In this document: positions 43,000 to 53,344 of the stretch, piece by piece
Position numbering within the stretch: the first letter of the stretch is position 1
How the letters are laid out: every line of letters begins with the position of its first letter
DNA from: an uncultured Gammaproteobacteria bacterium
GTDB lineage: Bacteria > Pseudomonadota > Gammaproteobacteria > CAWCPV01
Direction of reading: 5' to 3'
Length of the DNA stretch: 64,000 nucleotides
Assembly: GCA_963797555.1 (NCBI GenBank)
Contig: CAWCPV010000019.1
Coordinates: 11,117 to 75,116, forward strand
The notes under the pieces: generated by a model
Told to the model about the DNA's origin: nothing
What the model saw: only the letters and a program-made list of their open reading frames with translations
Database searches by the model: none
Made by a program: the position numbers and the translations under genes

Positions 43000-43271
43000 T
43001 AATGGAAAAAGCTGAGCTGCTGCCATCTGCGCTCCCGAGTGTCGTGCACCGGCTGGCCTTGCACTCCACAGGCCGGACAGGCGAAGCGGCTACCCTTGGC
43101 AAACGCCACATCGAGGTCCATGCGCCCAGCCTCGGGGTCGAAGCGTACGCCGGTGACCTCCCAAGCCGCCGTCAGGCCCAGCGCCGTAGTGAGCAGATGC
43201 GCTGGCGGCATGATAGCAACCAGTCAGAGCAGATGCTAACAGTACGAGGCGCACAATCGACGAAAGAGCCA
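43000..43271 (-). mobile_element. ISL3-family left end and transposase N-terminal fragment
   Basis: End GGCTCTTTCG; ALGLTAAWEV..FACPACG...VHDTRERRWQQLSFF. Confidence 0.75.
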
Positions 43272-43595
43272 TCGTTCTCCTGTCGGGTGAGTCGGGATGC
43301 GGCCCGATTCTAGCTGGGCTGCCATGATAAATCAGTACGTTGCAGCCAGCCAGGAAGATCCGGAGTCGCGGAATCAGGTAAGATCCGTCCGGACTTCGAC
43401 GCCTTGGTGGGTCAGATCTCAGAGATCCCTCATTCTTGTCCGTGATTACAAGCTGTCGATTATGGGGTGAAACGACATCAGGCTTCGCCTGGCTTCCCAC
43501 GGAGCGAAGCCAATGGCAAACCTGCTTCACCGCGTGCTACGAGGGCATGCCGGTTGACGGTGTCTCCAATGCTTGGCCCTCTTGGCGCACCTTAG

Positions 43596-43736
43596 CAGGC
43601 TGTTGAAAAACTCCTGCGGACATTGAATCGGGGCGAGTCAATGGTGACTCAAGATTGAAGAATCAACGACTTATGTGGCAGCGCTCGGCCGCCGGACACG
43701 AAAAGCAGCCTGCGGCCGGACTTTTTCAACACCCTG
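43596..43736. mobile_element. Non-autonomous IS5-like miniature element (MITE)
   Basis: 19-bp inverted repeats CAGGCTGTTGAAAAACTCC / GGACTTTTTCAACACCCTG (2 mismatches), TTAG duplicated on both sides. Confidence 0.8.
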
Positions 43737-43918
43737 TTAGACTCGGCTTTCAAGCGCAACAGCTAAAGACGGAGTAACACGTTGCCATGGGAAGAGCTAC
43801 CGACATTTGAGCAGTGAGGAACGGGCCGCTGCGGAGTAAGCGGGTGTTCGCCATCGTTTAACCAGGACAAAGGGCACCCCATCGTCCTCTCATCGCACGA
43901 TTGATCATCCTCACGACT

Positions 43919-44983
43919 ATGGTCACATTGCAAGACGATTCGTCATTTGGTAATTCCCGCATAGATGCGGCCTCGGTGTCCGCTAACCGCCCACATCCAT
44001 GTCGCTTGTCCCTGGTGGTACCGTGCTTCAATGAAGCCGACCTGCTGCAGGAAACCCATAGCCGTCTGCACGCGACGTTTGCCGATGTCCCGGGAATCGA
44101 TCTCGAAGTCATCTATGTCGATGACGGCAGTACCGACGCGACCCTTGCCATGCTTAAAGCCGTTCAGGCAAACGACAACCGCACTCGGGTGGTCTCGTTT
44201 TCCCGCAACTTTGGTCATCAGGTGGCAATTACTGCAGGGCTGGAGCACGCCTCCGGCGATGCTGTAGTGGTGATGGATGCAGACTTGCAGGATCCGCCGG
44301 AGGTGGTTCTGGCGATGCTCGACCGCTGGCGGCATGGAGTTGACGTGGCCTACGGCTTGCGCCGGCAGCGCCACGGCGAGACCGCGTTCAAGCGCTGGTC
44401 GGCAAAGACATTCTACCGGACTATCAACAAAATTTCGGATACGCCTATTCCATTGGACACCGGCGATTTCCGTCTAATGGACCGCCGCGTCGTGGACGCG
44501 ATTCTCGTCATGCCAGAGCGGGACCGATTCGTTCGCGGCATGGTGGCTTGGGTTGGCTTCCGCCAAGAGCCAGTCCCCTATGATCGTGCCGCGCGGTTTG
44601 CCGGTAACACGAAATATCCGCTGAGCAAGATGTTTCGCTTTGCGACGGACGGACTACTCTCTTTCTCCCTTGTCCCTTTGCGTCTTGCGAGCTGGTTGGG
44701 CTTTGCAACCGCAGGACTGGCTGTGATAGGTATCTTGTACGCGGTAGGTATGCGGCTGCTGACAGATGTCTGGGTACCCGGTTGGACGTTGTTGTTCATT
44801 GCACTACTTTTCATGGGCGGTGTCCAACTGGTGTTCCTTGGGATCATAGGAGAATACCTTGGTCGCACTTACGGGGAGGTCAAGCGGCGCCCGTTGTATG
44901 TAGTCCGTGAGCGGCTTGGGTTTCCTGAGACGCATTCAAATATCATGAATCCGGTTTCGCGGGGGACGGGAGAAACTAGATGA
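43919..44983 (+). CDS. GtrB/ArnC-like polyprenyl-phosphate glycosyltransferase (GT2)
   Basis: VVPCFNE, VDDGSTD, SRNFGHQ.AITAG, MDADLQDPPE, TGDFRLMDR, two C-terminal TM helices, IGEYLGR.Y.EVK.RPLY. Confidence 0.92.
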   Translation: MVTLQDDSSFGNSRIDAASVSANRPHPCRLSLVVPCFNEADLLQETHSRLHATFADVPGIDLEVIYVDDGSTDATLAMLKAVQANDNRTRVVSFSRNFGHQVAITAGLEHASGDAVVVMDADLQDPPEVVLAMLDRWRHGVDVAYGLRRQRHGETAFKRWSAKTFYRTINKISDTPIPLDTGDFRLMDRRVVDAILVMPERDRFVRGMVAWVGFRQEPVPYDRAARFAGNTKYPLSKMFRFATDGLLSFSLVPLRLASWLGFATAGLAVIGILYAVGMRLLTDVWVPGWTLLFIALLFMGGVQLVFLGIIGEYLGRTYGEVKRRPLYVVRERLGFPETHSNIMNPVSRGTGETR

Positions 44984-45993
44984 TCCGCGTGGGCGGACGG
45001 TGGCCCCGCTTGTTCTTCGGCGTAGCGGTTACCGGGATTTTTGCCTGGCTTCTGCTCGCGGAATTCGACGCCAAAGTGGCCTTAAGAACCCTGGCAGACG
45101 TTTCGCTCCCGTTTCTAGGTGTGGCGCTCCTGCTGCTCACCGCTGATTATGCGTTGAGGGTAGTGCGCTGGTGGTGGATGCTGCGACTCATTAGGCCGGA
45201 TGTCCACCTCGGCATCTGCGTTGGTCCGCTTATGGCCAGCATCGCTATCAACAACCTGGTGCCTTTTCGAGCAGGTGACGCCCTGCGTGTAATCGGGTTC
45301 CGCACTGACCTCGGGTCGTCTGCGATGCAGCTTCTAAGCACCCTGATCATGGAGCGATTATTGGACTTCACGACGCTCCTGCTATTTTTCTTTCTGGGCC
45401 TTGCCATGGTCCCCGCAGAGGATATGTCGGATAAGCTGAGGTTGATTGGTTGGCTTGCTGGCATCTCGGTGACCGGAGCCCTGGCCCTTCTGTTTCTGCC
45501 CTGGCCGGAACGACTGCTTCACTGGCTCGCTGAGCGCCGGGCCGTGTCCCGCGCAAGCCGCGCCGCGGATGTCCTGCATCACGGCGAGCACCTGCTACGG
45601 GCCCTGCAACTGTTACGCCGTCCAACCGAAAGCTGGCAACTAATGTTGCTCTCGTTGGGCATCTGGGCCTTTGAGGGCGGCGTCTTCGCAGCGGTTGCGG
45701 CGTCTCTCGGGGTCGGCGGCCCACCAATGGCATCATGGTTTGCCTTGTCCACCGGTACTCTAGCCACCGTCCTACCGAGCACCCCAGGATATGTGGGCAC
45801 TTTTGACTACTTCACGATGCTCGGGATGATCGCGTTCGGCACTAAGCCGCAGCAGGCGGCCACTTTTGCCCTTGTCGTTCATACCCTCCTTTGGCTTTCG
45901 CTAACCTTGGCAGGGGGAGTCTATTTGGGAGCCGCCATGCTGCGCGTGGGTGGTGCCCGAGAATCGCTGCATCCAACCTACGGGAAGACGTGA
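44980..45993 (+). CDS. Lysylphosphatidylglycerol-synthase TM / flippase-like membrane protein
   Basis: RVVRW, NNLVPFRAGDALR, ERLLD, PSTPGYVGTFD. Confidence 0.85.
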   Translation: MIRVGGRWPRLFFGVAVTGIFAWLLLAEFDAKVALRTLADVSLPFLGVALLLLTADYALRVVRWWWMLRLIRPDVHLGICVGPLMASIAINNLVPFRAGDALRVIGFRTDLGSSAMQLLSTLIMERLLDFTTLLLFFFLGLAMVPAEDMSDKLRLIGWLAGISVTGALALLFLPWPERLLHWLAERRAVSRASRAADVLHHGEHLLRALQLLRRPTESWQLMLLSLGIWAFEGGVFAAVAASLGVGGPPMASWFALSTGTLATVLPSTPGYVGTFDYFTMLGMIAFGTKPQQAATFALVVHTLLWLSLTLAGGVYLGAAMLRVGGARESLHPTYGKT

Positions 45994-47318
45994 TGACCTC
46001 CAGTTCCCCAGCGCCTCATGTCGCGGTCATCGGCGGTGGTTTTTGTGGACTCAGCGCGGCCTACGAGTTAGGCCGCCACGGTATTCGCGGCACGGTCCTG
46101 GAAAGCGAATCCATGATTGGCGGGTTGGCCGGCAGCTTCTCAGTCAACGGAGTGCAACTGGAAAAGTTCTACCACCACTGGTTTACCAACGACATCCATG
46201 TCATGCAACTCGTCCGGGAATTGGGGGTCGAGGAGAACGTCATCCTGCGGCCGACCCGAACGGGGGTCTATTACGCCAATGATTTCTTCAGGCTGTCCAC
46301 CCCGCTCGACGTGTTGCGATTCAGTGCGCTGCCGGTGCTCGGCAGGATCCGCCTTGGCCTGCTCGCCTTGCGCGCCAGGCGGGTTGAAGACTGGCGTTCT
46401 CTCGAAGACATGACAGCCTCCGAGTGGCTCAAGGCCATGGGTGGCGATGAGGTCTTCCGGGTGGTTTGGGAGCCCCTGCTGCGCGGCAAGTTCGGTGACT
46501 TCGCCAGCGACGTCTCCGCAGTCTGGTTCTGGAACAAGTTAAAGCTGCGGGGCGGTAGCCGTGGCAAGGGTGGAGAGGAACGGCTCGCCTACTACCGAGG
46601 AGGGTTCGCCGCGCTGGCTGAAGAGTTGCAGGTCCGCATTGAAGGATTCGGCGGGCGTGTTATCGTCTCAGCACAGGTCGATTCGCTGATCGTAGAGCGC
46701 GGACGAGTCGTCGGCGTCCTGGCTAACGGAAGAGAGGTCAGGGCGGACGCTGTGATTGCAACGCCGCCTCTGCCTATCGTGGCCGACTTGGTGGAGCCAC
46801 ATGGCCGTTCTGACTATGCGGCCAGGCTGCGCCGCGTGAAATACCTGGCAAATCTGTGCCTGGTGCTGCGGCTCGACCGGAGACTCAGCGAGACTTACTG
46901 GCTTAACGTAAATGATCCAAGCTTTCCCTTTGTCGGCGTCATTGAGCACACGAACTTCCAGTCGCCGGATCTATACGGTGGCCACATATGCTACCTGTCC
47001 AAATACCTCCCCGAGTCTGATCCCCTATTCCGGATGACGGACGACGAGATCCTCAATTACTCGCTACCACATCTCAAACGTATGTTCCCGGACTTCTGCG
47101 ACGATTGGGTCATGGATGCATACTTGTGGCGCGCTCGCCATGCCCAGCCGGTAGTGGAGCGGCTTTACAGCCAGCTCATTCCCGACAGTACTACCCCCTT
47201 GCCAGGCATGTATCTCGCTTCCATGGCCCAAATCTATCCCCAGGATCGGGGCACCAATTACGCGATCCACCAGGGGAGGCGGATCGCGACCCAGGTAGCC
47301 GGTGCGCTCCTCGGATAA
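45993..47318 (+). CDS. FAD-dependent oxidoreductase (HemY/amine-oxidase fold)
   Basis: VIGGGFCGLSAAYEL, GGLA, EKFYHHWF, QIYPQDRGTNYA. Confidence 0.85.
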   Translation: MTSSSPAPHVAVIGGGFCGLSAAYELGRHGIRGTVLESESMIGGLAGSFSVNGVQLEKFYHHWFTNDIHVMQLVRELGVEENVILRPTRTGVYYANDFFRLSTPLDVLRFSALPVLGRIRLGLLALRARRVEDWRSLEDMTASEWLKAMGGDEVFRVVWEPLLRGKFGDFASDVSAVWFWNKLKLRGGSRGKGGEERLAYYRGGFAALAEELQVRIEGFGGRVIVSAQVDSLIVERGRVVGVLANGREVRADAVIATPPLPIVADLVEPHGRSDYAARLRRVKYLANLCLVLRLDRRLSETYWLNVNDPSFPFVGVIEHTNFQSPDLYGGHICYLSKYLPESDPLFRMTDDEILNYSLPHLKRMFPDFCDDWVMDAYLWRARHAQPVVERLYSQLIPDSTTPLPGMYLASMAQIYPQDRGTNYAIHQGRRIATQVAGALLG

Positions 47319-47410
47319 GTGCGAATGCGGCGCTATTTCGAGGAGCGTCAGGGTCCGCGGCCAGCCGCGTGGCTTGACCACCGAACGAAGGCTTGACGAT
47401 GGGAGAGATC

Positions 47411-48886
47411 ATGCAACCATCTTACCACTGGGGACGGGGCCACAGTATAGTGTTCATCCTGGGCGCCTTCCTCATCCTGGTATCCGGAAGGGAGTATGGG
47501 TTAGCGGATAATGGGGATTTTGGCCGCTATTTCGGCCCCTATATCGATCGACCGGCTGAGTTACCGGTGAACTGGCCGTCTGCCGGTACACCGCAGTATG
47601 CTCGGCGCTTTTTTCGCACTCCAATTATCTATTGGCATCCGGCGGACAACCATACAAGACACGGGTCGTGGATCAGCAGCGCGCACTTGTTCTGGGCTCT
47701 GGGCTATGCATTGAATTGCGTGCTATACAGCCCCCAGGTGGTAAATTTGCGCATCCTAGTACTGCCGTTTTTTGTCGTCCATCTGGGGTTATTCGCTTTT
47801 GTGCTGCGATCTGTTTCGCGCACTGCGAGTTCAGTCGTGCCCAGCATGCTGTTTCTCCTGATATTCTCAGACGCTCTCCTGTTGAGCTTCTATACTTCGT
47901 TCTATGCGGAGAGCCTTGCCATCCTGTCCCTATTCGGCCTTCTGGCTCTCGCGGTGGCACCCGAACATGACCCTGGCGCTCTGGCGCTACACGCATGGTT
48001 TGGCGTCTTCTTTGCAGGGCTCTGCGCAACCATTTTGTTGACAAAACGGCAATATGTATACCTTGCGTTACCTGCGGCTGGAGTTCTCATCTGGCAGTTG
48101 ATGCAGTGGCGCTCTCACCCGGCGCTGCCACCGAGGACCGGGATCACAATGGCGGCGTCTCTGGCGATGGTACTCCTGGCAACAATGGGGTCAGTTGAGG
48201 AACGTTCAGGCTCGGAGACCTCCGCGGTGAGAAATACCAGCTATAACTCTCTGTACTTCGGCGTGATGATGTTTTCCGCTGATAAACTGGCGATGCTCTC
48301 TGCGCTTGGATTGCCGAAGGAGTCGTCGTCCCTGGTCGGCGTCCACGCCTTCACCCGCGAATCGACGGCGTTCATCGCAAAGACCGCGCAGCTCCGACCG
48401 TCCTTGCTGCTCCGGGCCGCCGTTTTCGAGCCGCAGGCATACCTGCGGCTCATATGCCACAACCTGCGCGAGCTGGGCAACTTAAAACTGCGCCTCGGGG
48501 CAGTACCGGGCGCGGACAGGGGACATCCACCGCCATGGTTAAGGCCTTTGTCGACGGTCGGTGGTTGGCTCGCCGGGTGGCCGTTCTTGCTGCTTTGCCT
48601 GTCCTCGGAGGTGTTGGCCCTTTTCCTAGCGATGCGTCTCCCGCCAGGGCAGCGGCAACGGGTCTGGGCGATCACTCTTACTCTGTGCTCGATAGTGGTC
48701 CTCGACCCCATAGTCTCCACATTCGACGGTATACAGGAGGCGCGAAAGCACATCGTCCTTGGGAGCGCCGCGGGGTACATTTTGACTGTGTTTACCGCGA
48801 CGCTGGCTCTGACATACGGTCGAGCGTCCTTGCCCCGCTCGAAGGGGGACAGACAGACGGGAGGTGCAATCTTAGCGCAGCACTAG
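47411..48886 (+). CDS. Multi-TM GT-C protein resembling S-layer glycan hexose transferase WsfD
   Basis: GLADNGDFGRY after the first TM helix, SFYAE, YNSLYFGV, about 10 TM segments. Confidence 0.62.
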   Translation: MQPSYHWGRGHSIVFILGAFLILVSGREYGLADNGDFGRYFGPYIDRPAELPVNWPSAGTPQYARRFFRTPIIYWHPADNHTRHGSWISSAHLFWALGYALNCVLYSPQVVNLRILVLPFFVVHLGLFAFVLRSVSRTASSVVPSMLFLLIFSDALLLSFYTSFYAESLAILSLFGLLALAVAPEHDPGALALHAWFGVFFAGLCATILLTKRQYVYLALPAAGVLIWQLMQWRSHPALPPRTGITMAASLAMVLLATMGSVEERSGSETSAVRNTSYNSLYFGVMMFSADKLAMLSALGLPKESSSLVGVHAFTRESTAFIAKTAQLRPSLLLRAAVFEPQAYLRLICHNLRELGNLKLRLGAVPGADRGHPPPWLRPLSTVGGWLAGWPFLLLCLSSEVLALFLAMRLPPGQRQRVWAITLTLCSIVVLDPIVSTFDGIQEARKHIVLGSAAGYILTVFTATLALTYGRASLPRSKGDRQTGGAILAQH

Positions 48887-49351
48887 CCGCAGGATGGAGT
48901 GAGATATTGTCGTTGGAAGATGCAATTAACATCTGAAAAGATGGACCTTCGTCCTGGTTGCACGGATTGCACGCCATCGGAGCAGCGTGCCGGCTACCTC
49001 CGTTCGTTGGGCCGGGCTGAGGCGACCATCGGCTAGGAGCTGACCTACCGATCATGGCCATTCTGGCCGCGGATCCGATCCTCGACAGCCGCAGTTGTTT
49101 CAACGGGCAAGTTCGGCCCGTGGTTCATGTGAAGGCAGGACCCCTCTCCTCTGTCACATATGGCCGGCCCAGTGTTTGCCAGGCGAGAGCGAAGGGCACG
49201 AAATAGGTAAGTTGCTTTGCTGTCATATACCCGGCCTTTTTTGGCGTAGCAGATCACTGCGGCCGCTGAGGGGGCGAGCCATCGCGCACCAACGCGCGGG
49301 CGGAAACCTCTTTGCTGAAACCGAATAGCACTGATTTGCCTCCGCACGCAC

Positions 49352-51115
49352 CTACCGCTCGGCAGCCCTCAGAATCAACACGTGCGCGTTGGAGTAAACC
49401 CCCGAAGCTTGATTGAAAAACGCGATCTCGATTGTATCCCTGCCTCTCAGCTGCACTGGCACCCGCGCACTTGCGAACTTGGCACGAATCGTATCGGCGA
49501 TAGGATAACCATCGACGCTTATCACGATAGCGCTCGACAAGGAGACTGCGCCTTTCGGAACCGCCCATACCGTGCCCGTTTTCGGATTGAAGCCAGCCGA
49601 TGCGAGCTCGGGCACGTCTCCACCCTCCTGCGGGGTCGTGACGGCGAGGAGCGAAAACGGCCCCACACTGAATAGGCGCCGAGAGGACTCGTTGACGACC
49701 CGCTCCACATCCTTGTCTTGCTCCCAATTAAAGTAATCGCTTACCAAGACGAAATCACCCTGTTTGATCTCGGTGTCAGGATTCTTCAAGTCGTGCAAGT
49801 CCAAGTCCACTAACTGCTGCACGTCCCAGTGGCGCCACCAGCCCGAACTCCATATCGTCGCCTCGGGGTGGATAGCCAGAAAGTCCTTGAGCCTTTGCGA
49901 AAACTCGAGCAAGCTGGCCGTACGCGCGTCAACTGTGGTTCGCAACGGTAGAGCGAGCGCCACAGCGCCGCTTACGGATAGGGCAACCAGCCAAGCGGCG
50001 GCGCGCCGATGCCGGGAGGTGGTCGGGAGTGCGTTCCAACCGGCAAGAACCGCAGCGGCGAGACTCCAGGCGAGCAGGACCAATCCAATCTGGGCATGAC
50101 GCCCGAAGGTGCTGCTGGACTTGAAGACCCACCAAAACAGCAAAGCTGCCCCTCCGATGCCGAGCAAGAGTCCCAACGAATGCCAACTCGTCGTCGCGTC
50201 ACCGCGCCTACGCGAATCCGCGAGGATACCGGTGCCTATCAAGCCGGCGGCTACCACCGCGAGACCGACGGGTGTCGTGACCGTCCGCACCATCTGGAAG
50301 CACGCGGCGACTCGCTCCCAGGTAACCCCCCATCCACCTTTAATCCCTGCACCGACATCTGGCCTTCCTATGAACCGAACGAAGTCCACCCAGTTGCCTA
50401 CGTAGCCGGAGACAGAACCAAACTGCGCTAACCGGAATAGCTCATTGAGCACCACGACCCCGCCGATGCCCGTCAACACCATCAGCAAACGCCGGCTCTG
50501 CTCACGGAACGAAGAATGAAGAACCCATGGCAGAGCGACCGCCATCGCCACCAGCGGGATCAACACGATGACTTTTGTGTATAGCGCAAGGCCGGCAAGC
50601 CACCCCGCGCGTATTAAACCGGAGCGCGTTCGCGCCTTCACGTAGACGCTACAGGCGAAGATGATCAGAACGGCAGCGAGGACCTCGCCCATGAGGCTGT
50701 GCATTTGGGACACCGGTCTTACTACCGCCGCAGCCATAGCGACCATTCCGCCAGAAAAGGCTAGAGCGGATGCTCCATCGCTGCGCCAAACCACGAACAC
50801 ACCCACCAGCGCCAAAACGACCAGCAACCCACTCACCACGTTCGGCACGAACGGCGAATCGTTTATTGTAAGGGCTGCAGCGACTGGCAGGAGCATGGTG
50901 CTCCCGGTCGTGACGTTCGCCGGATAGATCTCAAAAGTTTGGTAGATCTTGGCTCCGAATCCCTCACCGGCGGCCATCGAACGGGACACCGCCGCATTGT
51001 AGGAGGCGTCGTAGGCGGGGATCGCCGTTAAGGCGCGACTCGTCAACGTGGCCCCGAGATAGGCAAGGAGCAGAAGCGCAACTATATCGATTATAGAGAT
51101 CGAGCGTCGTTCTAG
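49352..51115 (-). CDS. Multi-TM GT-C-like (ArnT/PMT-like) protein; its ATG is separated by an IS630 insertion
   Basis: YDASYN, TTG.TMLLP, MGEV, GLALYTK; reading frame open to 51115 and ATG lies at 52281 beyond the IS. Confidence 0.65.
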   Translation of the reverse strand, partial: LERRSISIIDIVALLLLAYLGATLTSRALTAIPAYDASYNAAVSRSMAAGEGFGAKIYQTFEIYPANVTTGSTMLLPVAAALTINDSPFVPNVVSGLLVVLALVGVFVVWRSDGASALAFSGGMVAMAAAVVRPVSQMHSLMGEVLAAVLIIFACSVYVKARTRSGLIRAGWLAGLALYTKVIVLIPLVAMAVALPWVLHSSFREQSRRLLMVLTGIGGVVVLNELFRLAQFGSVSGYVGNWVDFVRFIGRPDVGAGIKGGWGVTWERVAACFQMVRTVTTPVGLAVVAAGLIGTGILADSRRRGDATTSWHSLGLLLGIGGAALLFWWVFKSSSTFGRHAQIGLVLLAWSLAAAVLAGWNALPTTSRHRRAAAWLVALSVSGAVALALPLRTTVDARTASLLEFSQRLKDFLAIHPEATIWSSGWWRHWDVQQLVDLDLHDLKNPDTEIKQGDFVLVSDYFNWEQDKDVERVVNESSRRLFSVGPFSLLAVTTPQEGGDVPELASAGFNPKTGTVWAVPKGAVSLSSAIVISVDGYPIADTIRAKFASARVPVQLRGRDTIEIAFFNQASGVYSNAHVLILRAAER

Positions 51116-52278
51116 TGTAGTGCTTCATTCTGTTTAGAACTTAAACGTGCGTTGGCGCGGATGACCTTCTGCAGGATGTCCTTAGCCTTGGCGGTCCAGA
51201 TGAAGGGTTTGGGATTGGCGTTGTGGGCATCGACATAGCGGTTGATGGCATGGATCAACTCGGGGACGCTTCGAAACACGCCACGGCGCAACCGATCCAC
51301 AGTCAGGTCGCGGAAGAATCGCTCGACCATGTTCAACCAGGATGCTGAGGTGGGCGTGAAATGGATGTGGAAACGCGGGTGTTTTCCCAGCCATTTCTGA
51401 ACGTTGGGATGTTTGTGGGTGGCGTAGTTGTCGCAGACCAAGTGCAGTTCCTTGTCCTTGGGCGTCTCGCGGTCGATTTGGCGCAGGAAGGTGAGCCACT
51501 CCGTGTGGCGATGGTGCGGCTCGCAGCGGGCAATCACGGAACCCTCCAAGGTGTTCAGGGCAGCAAACAGTGTCGTGGTGCCATGGCGCTTGTAGTCATG
51601 GGTCATGGTCGCAGCCCGCCCCTTCTTCAGCGGCAGGCCAGGTTGGGTACGATCCAGCGCCTGAACCTGACTCTTCTCGTCGCAGCACAACACCAAAGCA
51701 TGCTCCGGGGGGGACAGATACAGCCCGACGATGTCCTCCAACTTCTCGGTGAATTTCGGGTCGCGCGATACCTTGAAGGATTCGACACGATGCGGCTTCA
51801 GCCCATGGGCATGCCACACGCGCAGCACCGTGGTGTCGCTCACTCCCATTTCCTTAGCCAGGGTCCGCGTACTCCACTGTGTCGCTGCTAAGGGCTGGGT
51901 CTGAGTCGTGCGTCGCACGATCTCGGCGGCATCCACCTTGGGCTGACGACCTCCGCGCGGCAGGTCACACTCGATGGCCGCCAGCCCGCCTTGCGCATAG
52001 CGCTCCCGCCAACGCCCAACCTGCACACGCCCAATCTTGAGTTCCGCCGCGATGGCCTTGTTCTCCATGCCCACCGCCGCCAACAGCACAATGCGCGCTC
52101 GGCGGGCCAGCCTCACACTCGTGGTGTTCGAACGCGACACACGCCTCAGGCTCCGCTGTTCTTCCGCGCTCAGTCGGACCATCGGGGCTACTCGCATCAG
52201 TGCTCTCCTGTCTTGGCTTCATAGCCCTGGACAGCGATAGATCATATATGTTCCGTTAATTACCAAGCACTACACTAG
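51112..52278 (-). mobile_element. IS630-family insertion sequence (copy 2), intact transposase 51112-52197
   Basis: Inverted repeat CTAGTGTAGTGCTT at both ends; CCDEKSQVQALDRTQP, HDYKRHGTTTLFAAL, CDNYATHK, SWLNMVERFF. Confidence 0.95.
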
Positions 52279-52599
52279 CATGCACCTGATTTTCAAACTA
52301 AGAGCCTCTGACAGAGAAACGGACCGTTGTACGTCTTGCCGGCCACGTGGCTGGGGCGCGCAACCTAGCTAAGCAACCTTGCGGCGCCACACCGCAGCCA
52401 ACGAGGTCGAACCCGCCGCCAACTTCGCCGCGACCTACGCCACCCCTATGCCGATGGCGTAGTTGGTTCCCTGCTCTTCGTGTTGGATTTGTGCCAGGGT
52501 CGCCAAATGCGGGCTTTTCAGGGCGGTGGCGGGTATCAGCGGGCTATAGGGTTGGCGCCATAACACAAGCTGCGAATGTCGAGCACCTCAGACGTACGA

Positions 52600-53280
52600 A
52601 TCCACTACCCAAGCACCCAAGAGTCATTCTCCAAGTGTCGGACCCGCCGCAAGACGTCCACGTACCGCGTATCCGCATGGGCTTCAAGTCCGCGACCACA
52701 AGCAGTGCGGAGAACGGCGAGCACCGCATTGGCTGACTGTGATCGCCGTTGACTCTGACCCCGACCACCGGCCGCCATCAGTAGCTCCTCCACGGGCAAT
52801 GAGGTCACACCGTGACCTCCCGCCCCCTTGATGGCTTGTACTGCGTTGGCGAGCGCGTCAAAGCCGCAGCGGTAGTATGCCAACGCTCTTCGCCCGGCCC
52901 TTACCGCGGCCGCCACGAAGCTTGAGCTTGTTCCAGAACCAGACGGCCGAGATCTGTTCGCGCAAGCCGGAACGCCGCGGAGCTACGGCTCCCAAAGGAA
53001 GCGGTAGACCTCGTCCCCGCTGCAACCGGAGCCGAACCGCTGCGCTCAGCCGCTCCAGTTCGCGCCAATGTTTTACCCGCCGAGCCCGCAAAGCAGGCAG
53101 GCCGGGACGGAGTCGGTCGGTCGATCGTCGCAAGCGGTTTGAAGCACAGCAGGTCCACGGGCGTCGACCGCTTGAAAAAGCTGTTTGCATAGTAGATACC
53201 CGTTCGGGCCGGACGCACCGCAACGTTGGATTCCATGCCAGCTTTTCGATCTAGGCCCATCATGCGAAGGATAGGAATCC
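52600..53280 (-). pseudogene. Degraded inverted paralogue of the FAD oxidoreductase at 45993-47318
   Basis: RPARTGIYYANSFFKRSTPVDLL, ISAVWFWNKLKLRGGRGKG, LAYYRCGFDALA in shifting frames. Confidence 0.8.
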
Positions 53281-53344
53281 AATGACTCCAAGCGCTGCAG
53301 AGTTTAGTGTCGGAGCGCGCAGCGGTCAAGGCGCAGGTGAGTGT

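Noticed and set aside
45993-47318. hemY / protoporphyrinogen oxidase call
   Set aside because: It shares only the FAD fold. The glycan-cassette context and absence of hem genes argue against it.
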